The translations under genes and the position numbers were made by a program. Source: Neophaeotheca triangularis (taxonomy: Eukaryota). From it: a stretch of DNA of 64,000 bases. The stretch covers positions 62,001 through 126,000 of the forward strand of contig BAAIJX010000034.1 of NCBI GenBank assembly GCA_054600435.1, read 5' to 3'. Shown here in pieces: positions 48,201-60,280 of this stretch (position 1 is its first letter; every line of letters begins with the position of its first letter). The notes under the pieces are model-generated. The model had not been told where the DNA came from. It was given only the letters and a program-made list of their open reading frames with translations, and did not search any database.

Positions 48201-51200
48201 CAGCCTTCTTGCCCTTTTTGCCGCGCTTGCGAGGATTACCTGGCAAGCGGCCATGGCTGTTGTAGGCCCTGCGCCAGCTGATGTTCTCGGGAGTATCATG
48301 TTCGTAATTTCCAAGTTGAAATTGCATGCGGAAGTTCGCGAGTTCTGACGGGACATCCTCCTCCTCTATCTCGTCGTCTGAGTCTTCGAACACCACCTTT
48401 GGTTTGGGTATTTGTTTCTTCCTGCCAGCCGGTAGTGGTGCTCCAGCTGTACGCTTGACGACAACGCCTTCCTCTTCGGGATATTCGTCCTTCCAGCGAC
48501 CATGAGTGGACATGTGCTCGGCTTCCGATCCGTTTGGTTGATTGGACTTATCGACCATTTGAACACTGGCAGCCAGGTCCTTCGGATTCGCATACACGTC
48601 ACGGTGTAGCATTTCAGGCGGTACGCCCGCTTCTGGTGGCAAGTAAAGAGAAGGGTAGCTGTCCATCATCTTGCCCTGCAAAGCCAGAACCTTGGGATCA
48701 TTGGCGTCGATGTCTGGAAGCGCAAGGATCGAGTGCTCTTGCACCTTACCCGTGCTCCTAGTATTGAACCGAAAGACCATGCGTTTGATGTTCCCAGAAC
48801 TGATCAGGTATTTGACCGATTTGAAGACAGTCGCACGGTCTGGTATCTCGCCAGGCCCGTACTGTTGCCACGCTCGAACGAACGGGAACCACATCTCGTT
48901 TCTTCCGGGAAAGACGCCATTGGTCTTGGCTAGGGTGTCCAGAATAATTTTAACACGGCGGTGACCAATCAAACCACGCTTGTGTCCTGCAATAGATGCT
49001 TGGGCGTCTTTTGGATCCATCTCTTGTATCTCGGGTGCAGTAACAGCCGTAGTGTTCTGATAGCGTAGCGGTTCTTGCGCGGACTCGACTGCATTTGTCG
49101 TCTGAACCAGCGTTTGTTCAACCGAGGGCTGTTCCGATTCATGAGGTTCGACAGTAGACGCATCGGTGGCCTCGGTTGTTGTAGGGGCCTCGTTGGGAGC
49201 ATCGCCATTGACAAGAGGCGTCTTATCCCTGGGAGTACTGACCTCGCCAACAGCGGCAGACTGCCGCGTCTTATCTTGAGTAGCCTCGTCCGCGGGCACC
49301 CAGACATAAGGACTGTCCGCGCTCCGCTCTTCAACACTAATCTTACCCTTACCGCCTCCCTCTTCTTCTTCTTCTTCTTCTTCTTCTTCTTCTTCTTCTA
49401 CCTCCTCCTCATCACTATCCCCAACAAGCACCGAACTCCTCTCCTCTCCCCTCCCAGCCCTCAAACCAGTACTAATCCTACTGCGCCTGATCTTCGTAGC
49501 CTTAGCACCAACCGAGTAATCCTTGCCATGCACGAGCGGCCTCGCAGCGGGCGCCGGTACACTAGGCGTGCGCTTCACGGGCTCCTGCGCCTGGAACCAA
49601 GGAAGCTGGCGCAAGTTCTCTGTCTTGACGACCGCGATCAGAGCTCTGCGCGGTCTGCCGCGATGAAAGTGGAATTCATTCTTGGTAGCAGCCGCACCTG
49701 GTGGGTTGATGTAGACGCCCGGGCGCGAGCGCGCGAGGAGCTCGGCTTCAATTTGCGCGACACGGGACTCGATAGAATTAGACGGCTCGCCAGTCGTAGG
49801 AGGCTCTGGCTCTGTTTCCGTGTTGGCCTTGTTGGTGTCTGCTCGAGGCCTTGTACTGCCCTGATGGAGAGCGTGCACAGGGGTGACGGCAGGCGAGTCG
49901 CCGTCGAAGGCTGCCATGAGCGTGCTCGTGGGGCTTGGGTCGCGGACAGAAGGCAATGCAGCAGCAACGGCTTCAGCGTGGCGCTTTTTCGCTTCTGCTT
50001 CCGCTTTGGTTGGGCGACCTCGACCTCGGCTTTTTGGTAGCGGCGGCAAGACAGTAGGAGTAGTCATGAACAGCGAGGTATCTGCCTCAGACCCAGGAGG
50101 TGTGCCCTCGTCTTGGGTTGCCTCAGCGTCCTTGCGGCGTTTACGTTCCGCCGCTTCTGCCTTGGTCGGACGACCTCGCTTCTTCGGTATCAAGCTGGCC
50201 CCTGCTGACAAGGACGTTGGCAAGGCATCATCTGCGTCCGATTCGGCTGGCGTGTTCTCGGCGTAGTAGGCCTCTGCCTCTTCCTGCCTCTTTCTTTCCT
50301 CCACCATAGCCTTGGTGGGACGACCTCTCTTCTGCACAGCGGGGGGCGCCGGAGTAATAGAAATTTCCGAGGCTGGCCCTTTCTCGCCAGAGTCGATTAC
50401 GACCTCCTGTGACAACGAGCTTTTGCCAAGCATTTGAGGACGAGGGCTTTGATCGGACATTACATCTGCCGTAGAAGTATCAATGGCTCCCGAAGCTGAA
50501 CTGGCGTGTTGCTCCGCCACCGCAGTAGTAGTGTCCATAGCAGAAGTTTCGGTCTCATGCTCCGTGTCCACCTCCGTCTGTTGTGACGCTTCTTCCTCCC
50601 TCTGTTTACGCTCCGCCAGATCCTTCTTGCTGGGCCGACCCCGCTTCTTCGGCAGGGGAGGCGGGGCCATGCTCGTCGGTGGTAAGGGGTTCTTGCGTGG
50701 CCTACCTCGTCTGCGAGGAACTGGTGGTGGACCCATGGGTGTAGAAATGCCAGAGGGTGCAGGGGACGAAGTGGCGGAGCGGGTATCGCCGAGGAAGGAA
50801 CGTGTGCTCGAAAACAGACCAACCAGATCGTTACTATCGGGCTCAGTAGTTTGTACAGCCTTTTGACCAGGTGTCTGGGCCTGATCCTCGCCGTTCTCTT
50901 CATGACTGTGATCCTTGTCTCCTTCCATGCGGGCGGCTTTGTTGGCTCCTTCATCGTCGGTGAAACTGGCATCTTCGAATGTCCTTTTCTTCTTGACCTC
51001 CTCGGCTGCAGCAATTCTCTCCGCAATCTTCCTCGCATTCTTGGCGAAGTCCGTCTCAGCCATACCTTGAACATTTGGAGTCACGCTGACAATAGTGCCA
51101 GTCCGTCCACCCTCAGGCTTCTGCTTCTTAAGACCGCCGAGCTTGGCACCAGGCTTTTGCCTTTGTTTCTTCTGATGGGCATTGATAGGCGTGAAAGTAC

Positions 51201-53117
51201 CAGGTGTACTAGGCCTTGTGGGTTCCGGTATGACTCTGGCAGAAGAAGGGCGACCGGAGGCGGGAAAATGAGTGTTATTCAAGACCGAGGGTTTGCCTCC
51301 CATAGTCCGCGCCATGTGGGACCTGGCATCTTTTCGAAGGGCGTCACTGTAGGGCGCGCTCAGACTCACCAAGTCGGCGCGCCCCTCAGTGTCGGCAAAG
51401 AGCCAGGCTGGCGGCAAAACAAATCCATAGTCATCAAGCTCTGCCTCTGGTTGTGCGGCTGCGGCTTTCTTCTGCTCCTGCTCTTCGGTCTTCTCCTTTG
51501 TCTTCGGTCCGCTTCTTGCGAGCTCTTGCACGGCGCTCCACATGGCATCGCCAGCCTCAACTGCCTTGTCGAAGTTGTGCCTAGTGCGGTAGACATAGTG
51601 ACTCGTTTTTCCAGTCATGGATGTATCGCGGATAATGCCGAGATGCCTGAGGTGCACCGGCTGAGAAGTCTCACCGACTTCCGTGAGGCGAACCATGAGC
51701 TCGTCAAGAGGCCTGCGGAAGAAGGATCCGAAAGATTGCTTCTGGAGCTCCATGGAGGTCATGCCTTTGGGACCAGCAGAATCGATGAGGTTGTACATGA
51801 GGTTAGGATAGGGCAAGTCGGGTGTCCACTGCGGGTGAACGCGGCCATCGAGAGCATCAAGGTCGAGCTCTTCTGCATCGTCAACACTGCCCGCATCATC
51901 CCAGGGGTCGTCACCCTCAGGATCGAGAGTCGCATCAGCATCATGTCCTTGCTCGTCCCTTACGCCCTTAACTAGAGCATTGCCTGTCTTGGTCTGTGTG
52001 CTTGTCTGCATCTTCGCAAAGGCGACCTCATCAAGCGGAGTGGGTTCGCGAACGAGTTGCAGGCAACGCGAGAGCCCCAGTTTTGCGCCTTTGGGCAAAT
52101 CGGATTCTTCGTAAACAGCTTTCGCTTTGAGGCGGCGAACACAGCCAGACTTGCAGAGCCGCCGAATACACCTCACGTAAGCTCTGGTTTCCCAGCGCTT
52201 GCCCTGGATGCCAAGGCCTCTGCGAATGTCGTCAAAAGCGATGATGCGTTCGTTGGCTTTGAGGAGCCTGATTGTCTCCTTGAACCAAACATCGTAGAAG
52301 ATGGTATTGCCGCTGCCCGCTGATTCTCCCACGCTTTGCATCCGGTCCGAGGTTGGCGCAGGGGCTTCATCGGCGAACCTAGCCAGCCTCAAGAAGCTCG
52401 TCTTCTGCCCACCGCCGAGAGCAGGGACTTTGGTGATGTAACCTTTCTCAGCGAGATGGTCGGTACGACGCGGAAGGGAACGCTTGTCCTGGCCGGAAGC
52501 TGCGAGCAAATCAGGCTGAAGCAAGCCATTGCGACCGTGGCGAGCGATGATCTCTAGCAACTTGAACTCCAGGTTTGGGATGAGGCGGTTGTCGACACCA
52601 TGGCCAGTGATTGCCTGCCAGACACTCTCATCTGAGAGTCGCATGTGTTGACTCGGTGGAGAAGGTAGGGGGACTTGATCACCAGGCTGTGTGGAGGCGG
52701 CTTCGTCGGTTGGAGGATGGGTGAAGACAATGGTGCGCGAATCGGCCGCAAGCCAACCCCAGACCTTTGCAACATACTTGTCGTCTATGTTCGGGGTGCC
52801 TGAAGGTAGAGCAGTGGAAAACAGGGAGTCCAGCTCATCGGCAGGAGGCGAGGCTTGCTTGTGGGCGTTTTGCGACTTGGAAAAATCACAAATGAGTTCG
52901 CGCAATTTCGTATGATCAACGCCTATGCAATTTGTCAGTCTCTGATGATTGGTAAGAGGTATGAATGTTTTTGTTGTTTTTCTGAAGATTCGAACCGACG
53001 CAACTGCTTTCCATTGCAGAGCGTGGCGCGGAATTGCAAAAAAAGCTCACCTTCAGTGCCGGCCACTGCCAGGTCAGACAGTAGCCGCTTCAACAGCTCA
53101 TCCAGATTCAGTGCCAT
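45271..53117 (-). CDS. TFC3: RNA polymerase III transcription factor TFIIIC B-block-binding subunit (Tfc3/Sfc3/tau138), about 2570 aa with AT-hooks
   Basis: Exon 1 at 53117-53051 (MALNLDELLKRLLSDLAVAGTEG), intron to 52923. B-block domain VWQAITGH..LEFKLLEIIA..GLLQPDL..SGQDKRSLPRRTDHLAEKGYITK; Sfc3-type C-terminus RIPMWMDIFG..W..LVYRPG..WRASEWWY. Confidence 0.88.
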
Positions 53118-53653
53118 TTTTTTGTCATCTTCTAGTGATTTGTCGCAATGCGTGAAGGGAATGGGTAGTGGAGAGAGTTGTAGCGCAACAGGTTAAGCAG
53201 GCAACGCTGCGATTCGAACGTGAGTCCGGGATGTGTCGTATCGAAGTGTCGTCGTACAGGTACCTCCTAGATGTAACTGTCGTTGGTCGTGGTATTGCCT
53301 CTGATTTGCTCGCGGGAGTTGAGTGGAGAAGCTGGACGCGTTGTCAAAAGTCGTGGGAACTTTGTGGTCCGTGCCGGCTACTGCCAAGCAAATCACGTGG
53401 AAGTGCTGTCTACCTTAGCCTACCTAGGTAGCTGAACATCATTCAATCATTATCGTTATTCCTCTGCGCGCTCGAGGCTCGAGCTGCTGAAAGGACACTG
53501 AAACGAACAATTACACAGCACTGCGGAAGAAGATCAATAGCATAGTTGAACTAGCATACACCCGTCACCAGATCGTTAGGCGGTAGAAAATAAAAGCGCC
53601 GTCTACAAAACGCCATGATGTTTCCCATGAGCCAAAAGCAAATCTCATCGAAT

Positions 53654-56600
53654 TCAGTCCCCAAGTACACTCTCACGTTCAGCATCCTCAACCCCAGCCA
53701 TAGCCTCATCGCCATCGCCATCGCCATCGATCCCTTGTCCCTGTCCTTCCCCCTCCCCCTCCCCCTCCCCGTCAACCTCCAACTCCTTGCTCACAATAGC
53801 CTCTTCCTCATCCACAATCTCATCCTCATCCTCCTCATCCTCAACAACAACCTCCCGGCTCTTCGCCGCGAGCACCCTCTTCCCAGCCTTAGCCTTCCCC
53901 CTCGCATCACCCGCACTAACTCCCTTCGCCTTCTTTCCCTTTCCCTTAGCCCCGCCCAAGAATCTACCCTGCTCCAAAAACCCACAGACCTCTCTAAAAT
54001 TGCCCCCCAGCCTCTGCGTATTCCGCCTCACTCGCGCCTTCACAGCCTCGCTGTCTGTAAAAACATCGGCGAAAATCGCGTGGATAAATTTGCCGGTGAG
54101 TGTGCAAAGCCCCTCTTCTGCGAGAAGCGTCTGGAGCAGTTTGCGCTCCCGACGGCCAGCGGCGCCCTGAGATTGCGAAGTCTGGGTAGCTTGTTGGGTA
54201 GGCTCGTCGTCTTCAGAGGCGGACTCGTTATCGGAGGAGTCGAAGGGGTCGGCGTGAATGTCCTCTTCTTCCTCCTCTTCTGCGGCGTCCTCGGCATCGG
54301 AACCGTTGGCTTTGTTCTTGCCGCGACGGGTATGAATGGGTGCTTCTTCGAGTTTCTTGCCGCTGAGCGCGGCATATTTCTTCTCCGTTGCCGCAAAGAC
54401 TTTGATCAGGAGTTTCACTGTTGGCGGTTCGAAGGCCATCGTCAGCACCGTGTAATCGTCACTCATGCCCTCTTTGGGCTGTAGATCTCTCAAAATGGCT
54501 GCCGAGGAGTATAGTTCCAACAGGTTTCCTGCGAGGGCTGAGCAGACGTCGTCCTGGGATTTACGGCTCTCAAGGGCAGAAGTGAGGTTCGCGACGTAAG
54601 CATCACGGCGTCCTGCGAGGGTTTCGATTTCAGATTCGGCAATGTCGGTTGTGCCAGTCTGTACGCGGTCAATGATAGATTTGAGTTGCCAGCGGAAGTA
54701 GAAGAGTGCGGCTTCGGAGGCGCGACGGGCGATTTCATCTTCGAGAGCCGTGTCGGAGTGGTCAAGTGTTGTGTCTGTGGGGATTGCGCGGCGGATTAGG
54801 CCGACAGTAAACTCGATGCCCCCTGTGTAGGTAGTATCGGTGCTTTTGTCGCTGGCAGAGATGGCAGGATCGTTCAGGGCCGAGGTGCAGTCGCATACGG
54901 AGGAGAGGCGGATAACGCGGAGCAGGTTGTTGGAGAGAGCTATGAGGGCGTCGGTCTCCAAAGAGCCTCGCACGGCGACGTTGGGCGCTTCGAGGAGCTC
55001 GGCGAGGTTGTTAACGACGTCTTCCCAGAGACTGGTGAGCTTCTCCTCCGTTAGATCATCTAGTTCGCCGTAGCTCTTTGCGTGGAGGATGGCGCCACTA
55101 GCCGGGCCGAGAACTTCATCTGTGCTGTGGGAAATGAATTGCTGCTTGATATGGTCAAGAAGCGTGCCATAGGCTGTCGCGTCTTGATGCAGCTCTTCTA
55201 GCGATGGGAGGTTGAGAGTGTTCTCCAATCGCAGTACTGCACCGGCCGAGCTTGGAGTGTCGCCAAACTTCTTCAAAAGCTTCGGAATGAGAGCAGCAAG
55301 ATGTCGAGCAGATTCCTCTTGCTCCTCCTGTAGCTGCGCCTTTTGCTTCTTGCTGAGTTTGCTCTTCGACGATGCAGCCTTGTCGGCGAAGTCGGTCAGT
55401 GTACGCTTCACACTCGCGCTCAGTACCTCCAACAAGACGCTCTCTTCTTTCTCGGTAAGCACACACTCATGCTTGAACATGGAAAAGGTATCGTTGGAAA
55501 CACCGTTCGAGCGCGCCAATGAGTGATCAAAGAGAAGATAACCCGCGAGCACTTGCCACTCCTTTACCTCATCAACGTAGTTGTAGAGCGAGTCTGCGGC
55601 TAGCGTGAAACGAGACTCGAGACCAGTAGCATGAAGAGCGAACGAAGGATCGCCTCGTGTACGCTCAATCTGATGAGGCAAGGCCTCTTCACCGTCGTAC
55701 GACTGCAGCATCTCTGCCAGACACTTGAAGCTCAGCCAATCCATTTGTGGCGTCTCGTAATTGTCTTCGCCCACCTCCGGCAGGGCTTCGCGAAGAGCTT
55801 CCTCACCACCGAGATCATCGAGTTTGCCGTTGTATGTGTCTTTGATACTTTCGGCGAAAAAGCCAGCCACGGCCTTGCGCACTTTGACGTCCGAGTCGAA
55901 GATCAACCGACCTACTGCGTCGATATCGTCTGGCTCTATGAGGCCATTCTCGCGCAGCAGATCGAGTAGCTCGACACCCGAAGCGCGCACGTTGGACTCC
56001 GAGTCGGAAGTTGCAATCTCAACGATCCGTGTCCTGAATCGCTCCGTGAAAGTCTTCAGCCCAGCCAGCTTTTCGCTGTCCTTGTAGATTCTTTGCAGTT
56101 GCTTAACGACCTCTGCTCTCGTTAGATGTGAAGCGTCGCTGAGAACCCAGCCCATGTAACGGAGATGGGTCCCATCGAAGAAGACCGCTGGCAAGATCAT
56201 GATCCAGTCACCGAGCGCGGCCATGCAATCGCGTCTTATCGCGGGATCAATGTCGCGGTATCGATGAATAAAGACCGTCTCAAACCAGTCTTTGATCAGA
56301 GCTTCGTAGAACTCCTGCAGTAAACCAGCATCGTGAGCCTTCTGCTGGAAGTCCTTGACGCGAGCCTTGTTCACAGTCTTTTTCTTCGCCTCTGAATCGG
56401 CGTGTTGCTGGATTGTTGCCGCGTCATCTGTGCGCTCTCTTGCAAGATGACACAATCCGGTAATGATGCTGAGCGAGACTACCGTAGCCGTATGCCTAAA
56501 CCCTCGGTTTGCTGCAGAAGACATGGCCGACGTCCAGACCTGAACATTCTCGAGCAACTCTGAGTTCTCAAAGAGCAAGTTCGCGGCGTGCAGGGTCTTG

Positions 56601-57301
56601 AGGAGGGTTTGTAGAAAACTTGAGACCGAATCTTTAAAGGCAGCAGCTCCCTTGCCCTTTGCGATGAGTGGGTAGTCCGTTGGATTCGAGGCCTGGTATT
56701 CCTCCTGTATCTCCTCAAGCTTGTTCGTGGCGCCATCAGGATCCTCAATATCGTGGTCTGTGACCTTGCTGTCGCATCCGGCGCATTTCAGAATAAAATT
56801 TATGACATCGCCCATGGCGTGCGCTTCGTGCTCTTGAAACTGCGCCAACCACGTCGCCGCCACATCCTCCATCTTACGTCCACTTGCAAAGACTTCGGCA
56901 TACAGTCCTCCAGCTTCTCGCGCGTCGGTTCCGGCCAACGCTTTCGCGGTCTTAGGCGCTCTCTTCTTCCCGCCAGTTGTTCTGAGAGGTAATGCTGTGG
57001 TCGCAATCGTCTTGGCCTTCTTCTGAGCCGGCTTCTTCGCCGTGCTCTTCTTTTGCTTTCGGGCTTTTGCGCGCTTCTCGCGTAGCTCTTCCTCGTCGGC
57101 TTCCTCCTCTTCCGAGACTTCGTCTTCCTCGGAAACGTAATCCTCCGGCATCGCGCGATCACCATCTACATCCGCGTCGCGCTTGCGCTTGCCGTTGGCG
57201 AAGGGGCTGGTCGCGTACATGGTCTCTGGTGCTTTGCGCACGCGGCCGGACGCGCGCGGCGCCTTCGTCGCATCGATTTCGGCTTGTGGAGACGAAGACA
57301 T
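53654..57301 (-). CDS. SCC3: Cohesin subunit Scc3/Psc3 (STAG domain)
   Basis: DYPLIAKGK, SSAANRGFRHTAT, VFIHRYRDIDPAIRRDCMAALGDW, FFDGTHLRYMGWVLSD and FTERFRTRIVEIA. 1215 aa, no intron. Confidence 0.95.
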   Translation of the reverse strand: MSSSPQAEIDATKAPRASGRVRKAPETMYATSPFANGKRKRDADVDGDRAMPEDYVSEEDEVSEEEEADEEELREKRAKARKQKKSTAKKPAQKKAKTIATTALPLRTTGGKKRAPKTAKALAGTDAREAGGLYAEVFASGRKMEDVAATWLAQFQEHEAHAMGDVINFILKCAGCDSKVTDHDIEDPDGATNKLEEIQEEYQASNPTDYPLIAKGKGAAAFKDSVSSFLQTLLKTLHAANLLFENSELLENVQVWTSAMSSAANRGFRHTATVVSLSIITGLCHLARERTDDAATIQQHADSEAKKKTVNKARVKDFQQKAHDAGLLQEFYEALIKDWFETVFIHRYRDIDPAIRRDCMAALGDWIMILPAVFFDGTHLRYMGWVLSDASHLTRAEVVKQLQRIYKDSEKLAGLKTFTERFRTRIVEIATSDSESNVRASGVELLDLLRENGLIEPDDIDAVGRLIFDSDVKVRKAVAGFFAESIKDTYNGKLDDLGGEEALREALPEVGEDNYETPQMDWLSFKCLAEMLQSYDGEEALPHQIERTRGDPSFALHATGLESRFTLAADSLYNYVDEVKEWQVLAGYLLFDHSLARSNGVSNDTFSMFKHECVLTEKEESVLLEVLSASVKRTLTDFADKAASSKSKLSKKQKAQLQEEQEESARHLAALIPKLLKKFGDTPSSAGAVLRLENTLNLPSLEELHQDATAYGTLLDHIKQQFISHSTDEVLGPASGAILHAKSYGELDDLTEEKLTSLWEDVVNNLAELLEAPNVAVRGSLETDALIALSNNLLRVIRLSSVCDCTSALNDPAISASDKSTDTTYTGGIEFTVGLIRRAIPTDTTLDHSDTALEDEIARRASEAALFYFRWQLKSIIDRVQTGTTDIAESEIETLAGRRDAYVANLTSALESRKSQDDVCSALAGNLLELYSSAAILRDLQPKEGMSDDYTVLTMAFEPPTVKLLIKVFAATEKKYAALSGKKLEEAPIHTRRGKNKANGSDAEDAAEEEEEEDIHADPFDSSDNESASEDDEPTQQATQTSQSQGAAGRRERKLLQTLLAEEGLCTLTGKFIHAIFADVFTDSEAVKARVRRNTQRLGGNFREVCGFLEQGRFLGGAKGKGKKAKGVSAGDARGKAKAGKRVLAAKSREVVVEDEEDEDEIVDEEEAIVSKELEVDGEGEGEGEGQGQGIDGDGDGDEAMAGVEDAERESVLGD

Positions 57302-57709
57302 GTCGCCAATTTCTTCCTAAATACCGGTGCTACGCGATATAGACGAGTATTAGATCGCGAATAGTTGAGCGCGTCTTTAAAGCGGTGGAAGCGGGGCGAA
57401 AGCTGCGCATTCAACCTCAGGAGCAGTCTACAGGCGCTGCTAGGTTTCGATCAAAACAGTGACGCTCAAAAAGGCGGATGTTGTAAGATGAATGAATGGA
57501 GGCATATATTCGAGCGTTTTAAACAAACGGAAGTCGCGTCGTCTCTATCGGTCGCGGTCTCCCCACTTCTGTCTACACTGCCTGACGAGATCTTATCTTA
57601 TCTCATCTAATCGCAACCTCATCTCCAGACGAATCCTCCGCTGACTTCACTTCGTCCGAAAAAGGCTCTGCCCAATCCAGTAACAATAATTGTGCTGCAA
57701 CCGCCCAGA

Positions 57710-58693
57710 ATGCCTCACAAACACACAAGAGGAAAAACGCGAGACGCGAAGAAGTACGCTCTGCCCGTCAACCGAGCTTGCAACCCACCAACTAACCCTA
57801 TTTCCCCAAGCTACAACCTCCCCCCAGACGAAGTAGCAAAACCGCTCCCCGTCAAGCAAGCAGCGAGTAAAGCCCCCGAAGATGGCAGCAAAAAGCCCGC
57901 CAAGAAGCGCAAACGTGCCAACGGTCCCGAAGACGACACGCCTCAGGCGTTCAAACGTCTGATGCAGTACCAAAGCGGCAAGAGACTGCCGTCCGGCCTG
58001 GACAACGGCGAGAAGCCCAAACGCAAGAAGAGCGAGAAAAGTCACAAAGCTCCCGATACCAAACCAACTCCCGATAAAGCGCGCGCGGCGGCGGAGGGTG
58101 CTACGGCAGCCGCGGCTCCGAGGATTCAACCTGGGGAGAAAATGTCGGAGTTTTCTGCTAGAGTCGACCAGGCGTTGCCGGTTAGTGGGTTGTCGAGGAA
58201 GCGGAAGAGCGGGGTTGAGGGGATCAAGGAGCGGCGGACAAAAACGGAGAAGCGTATGCATAAGATGTATGATCAGTGGCGGGAGGAGGAGGCTAAGCGT
58301 AAGGAGCGAGCGGAAGAAGCCGAAGAGCAGGCTGAGGAGGAGGAGGCGGAGCTTGAGACTGAGTTGGGCGGTCAGCAGGTTTCGCTCCCTGAGGGCAAGC
58401 GTGCGAAGAGGAAGCGCATGATTGGCGAGCAGAAGGAGGACGATGAGGACCCTTGGGCGCGGCTGAAGTTGGAGAGAGGTGGGCCTAGGGGTTTGCATGA
58501 TGTGGTGCAGGCGCCGCCGGAGATGAAACATGTGCCCAGGGAAAAGTTTAAGACGTTCAAGGGGGCGAAAGTGGATGTTGCTGATGTGCCGGCGGCGAGT
58601 GGAAGTTTGAAACGCAGGGAGGAGCTCGGGGAGGCGAGAAAGGATGTTATTGAGAGGTATAGGGCTATGATGAGGCAGGGTGGGGGGCAGTAG
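57710..58693 (+). CDS. Conserved basic nuclear/nucleolar protein (UPF0653 / CCDC137-like)
   Basis: MPHKH..YNLPP..AKPLP, DDTPQAFKRLM, RIQPGEKMSEFSARVDQALP, LHDVVQAPP and ARKDVIERYRAMM. Probable 57-nt intron at 57754-57810. Confidence 0.7.
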   Translation: MPHKHTRGKTRDAKKYALPVNRACNPPTNPISPSYNLPPDEVAKPLPVKQAASKAPEDGSKKPAKKRKRANGPEDDTPQAFKRLMQYQSGKRLPSGLDNGEKPKRKKSEKSHKAPDTKPTPDKARAAAEGATAAAAPRIQPGEKMSEFSARVDQALPVSGLSRKRKSGVEGIKERRTKTEKRMHKMYDQWREEEAKRKERAEEAEEQAEEEEAELETELGGQQVSLPEGKRAKRKRMIGEQKEDDEDPWARLKLERGGPRGLHDVVQAPPEMKHVPREKFKTFKGAKVDVADVPAASGSLKRREELGEARKDVIERYRAMMRQGGGQ

Positions 58694-58975
58694 GTAGGTT
58701 GAGAGGTCGCAGGACTGCTCATCTCTTGTTCTTTGGCCAGTTTTTCTTTCTGAAGACCTTCATGATCCCGTTTAGTACAGTATAAATGTGGTCATTTCAC
58801 AATGCCCAGAAGTAAGACGGTTTAGAAGGCAAAATGCTTGAAAGCATTGCTTCATTGGGGGTATCTTAGGGGCCAATGGATGCTTCAGCAGACCTAGCAC
58901 CGCGAGGTTCTGGTCGCTGGTGTACTGCATCGGAGCAGCACGGAGCAAAGAAAGGCCGTGGCGTCGACGACACGC

Positions 58976-59482
58976 CTAATCCTCATCCTCGTCAGCGGCC
59001 TCTGTGCCACCGACGACCGCATCCTCCATCTCCTCGTCCTCCTCGTCTTCCTCCGTCACCTTCTCGGCCGACTTCTTCCCCTTCTTGGGGGTGGCCTTCC
59101 CCCCTTTCCCCTTCCCTTTCTTGGTGGCGGGAGTCTCGTCCCCGTCACCCTCCTCCTCGTCGTCCCCCTCCGCAGCCGCCGAGCGCTTTTTCCCCTTGGC
59201 GGAAGCTGCCTTCTTCTTCGGCTTCGGGGTGCTGGTGGCAGCCCCGTCGTCATCGTCATCTTCCTCGGCCTCCTCCGCATCCACCCCGGCACCCTCCTTC
59301 GCAATCTTCTTCTTGAGCGAACGCCAGGCGTTGGACGCCGAGCGGGTGTTCGTGAACGCCATCTCGGAGGCCAACTTCACGAAATCGACCTCAGGCTCCG
59401 TCTTGTAGCATTGCAAGACCTTGGCCAAGATCTTGACTTCACGGTCCGTGAACGCAATGGTTTTCTGCTGCTTGGGTGCCAT
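58976..59482 (-). CDS. Small putative chromatin protein: Myb/SANT-like N-domain with a Lys/acidic low-complexity tail
   Basis: FTDREVKILAKVLQCYKTEPEVDFVKLASEMAFTNTRSASNAWRSLKKKI is a helix-turn-helix-like fungal motif, followed by TPKPKKK/TPATKK/TPKK repeats and D/E runs. ATG at 59482. Confidence 0.65.
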   Translation of the reverse strand: MAPKQQKTIAFTDREVKILAKVLQCYKTEPEVDFVKLASEMAFTNTRSASNAWRSLKKKIAKEGAGVDAEEAEEDDDDDGAATSTPKPKKKAASAKGKKRSAAAEGDDEEEGDGDETPATKKGKGKGGKATPKKGKKSAEKVTEEDEEDEEMEDAVVGGTEAADEDED

Positions 59483-60280
59483 TGTGATGCTGGTTGTGAT
59501 TCTGGTGGGAAAAAGCTGTGAAGATGTCAGCAAATCTATGTGACGTTTCACACCAAGGTAGGTGAAGAATCAGGTGAAGTTTCGCTTACGTTGTGGTGAA
59601 GTGGAGGCGGGTTTTCTTTCAAGGAAGAAGATGTCAGTATATACTTTTCACTTGCTAGTGTCGTATAGCACGGCGGCGTCATGCGAAAGAGCATTGCATA
59701 CTTGTTGTCGGAGTAGTGGATATAGTGTGGGATGTCGAAATTGAGTAGGTGGAGGTTGCGAAAGATCCCAGGCTGGTAGTATTGGCCGCCTTGTGTGGGA
59801 GAGATGTTGGTGTGGTGTTGATGTAGTATTGGAAGATGTAGAAGGTTAATAAAGGCTTGGAGACGTGGTGGTAGTTGGTGGTGGAAGGAGGTGGGTGTTG
59901 TTGGTGTGTTATGGAAAGGAGAAGAAGTTGGTAGGAGCCAGGAGCCAAAGATATAGTTTCCAAACGGCGCTAGTGGAAGTTCACGTGGATGCGCTATTGT
60001 GAATGCGGCTACGGTGGAACTCTCTGGAACCGCAGCCTCAGGCCCTTGAGGTATACTTGAGGACTTGCCAGCAGGATGCGAGGTGAGGCAAAGGACGCTT
60101 GAAGACCGCCAGTGAAGTGCGGGGCGAGCTAAGGTAAGTAACCCCTGAAGTCCCGTTTTGAGACTACCGGTGAGGTACGAGGCGAGGTGAAGTGATTCTC
60201 AGCCCTTACCCCTTACTAAGGCATCAATCACTTGGACCTTCACTCCAGACTATAAATATAGCTCATTGCCCACCACCTTC

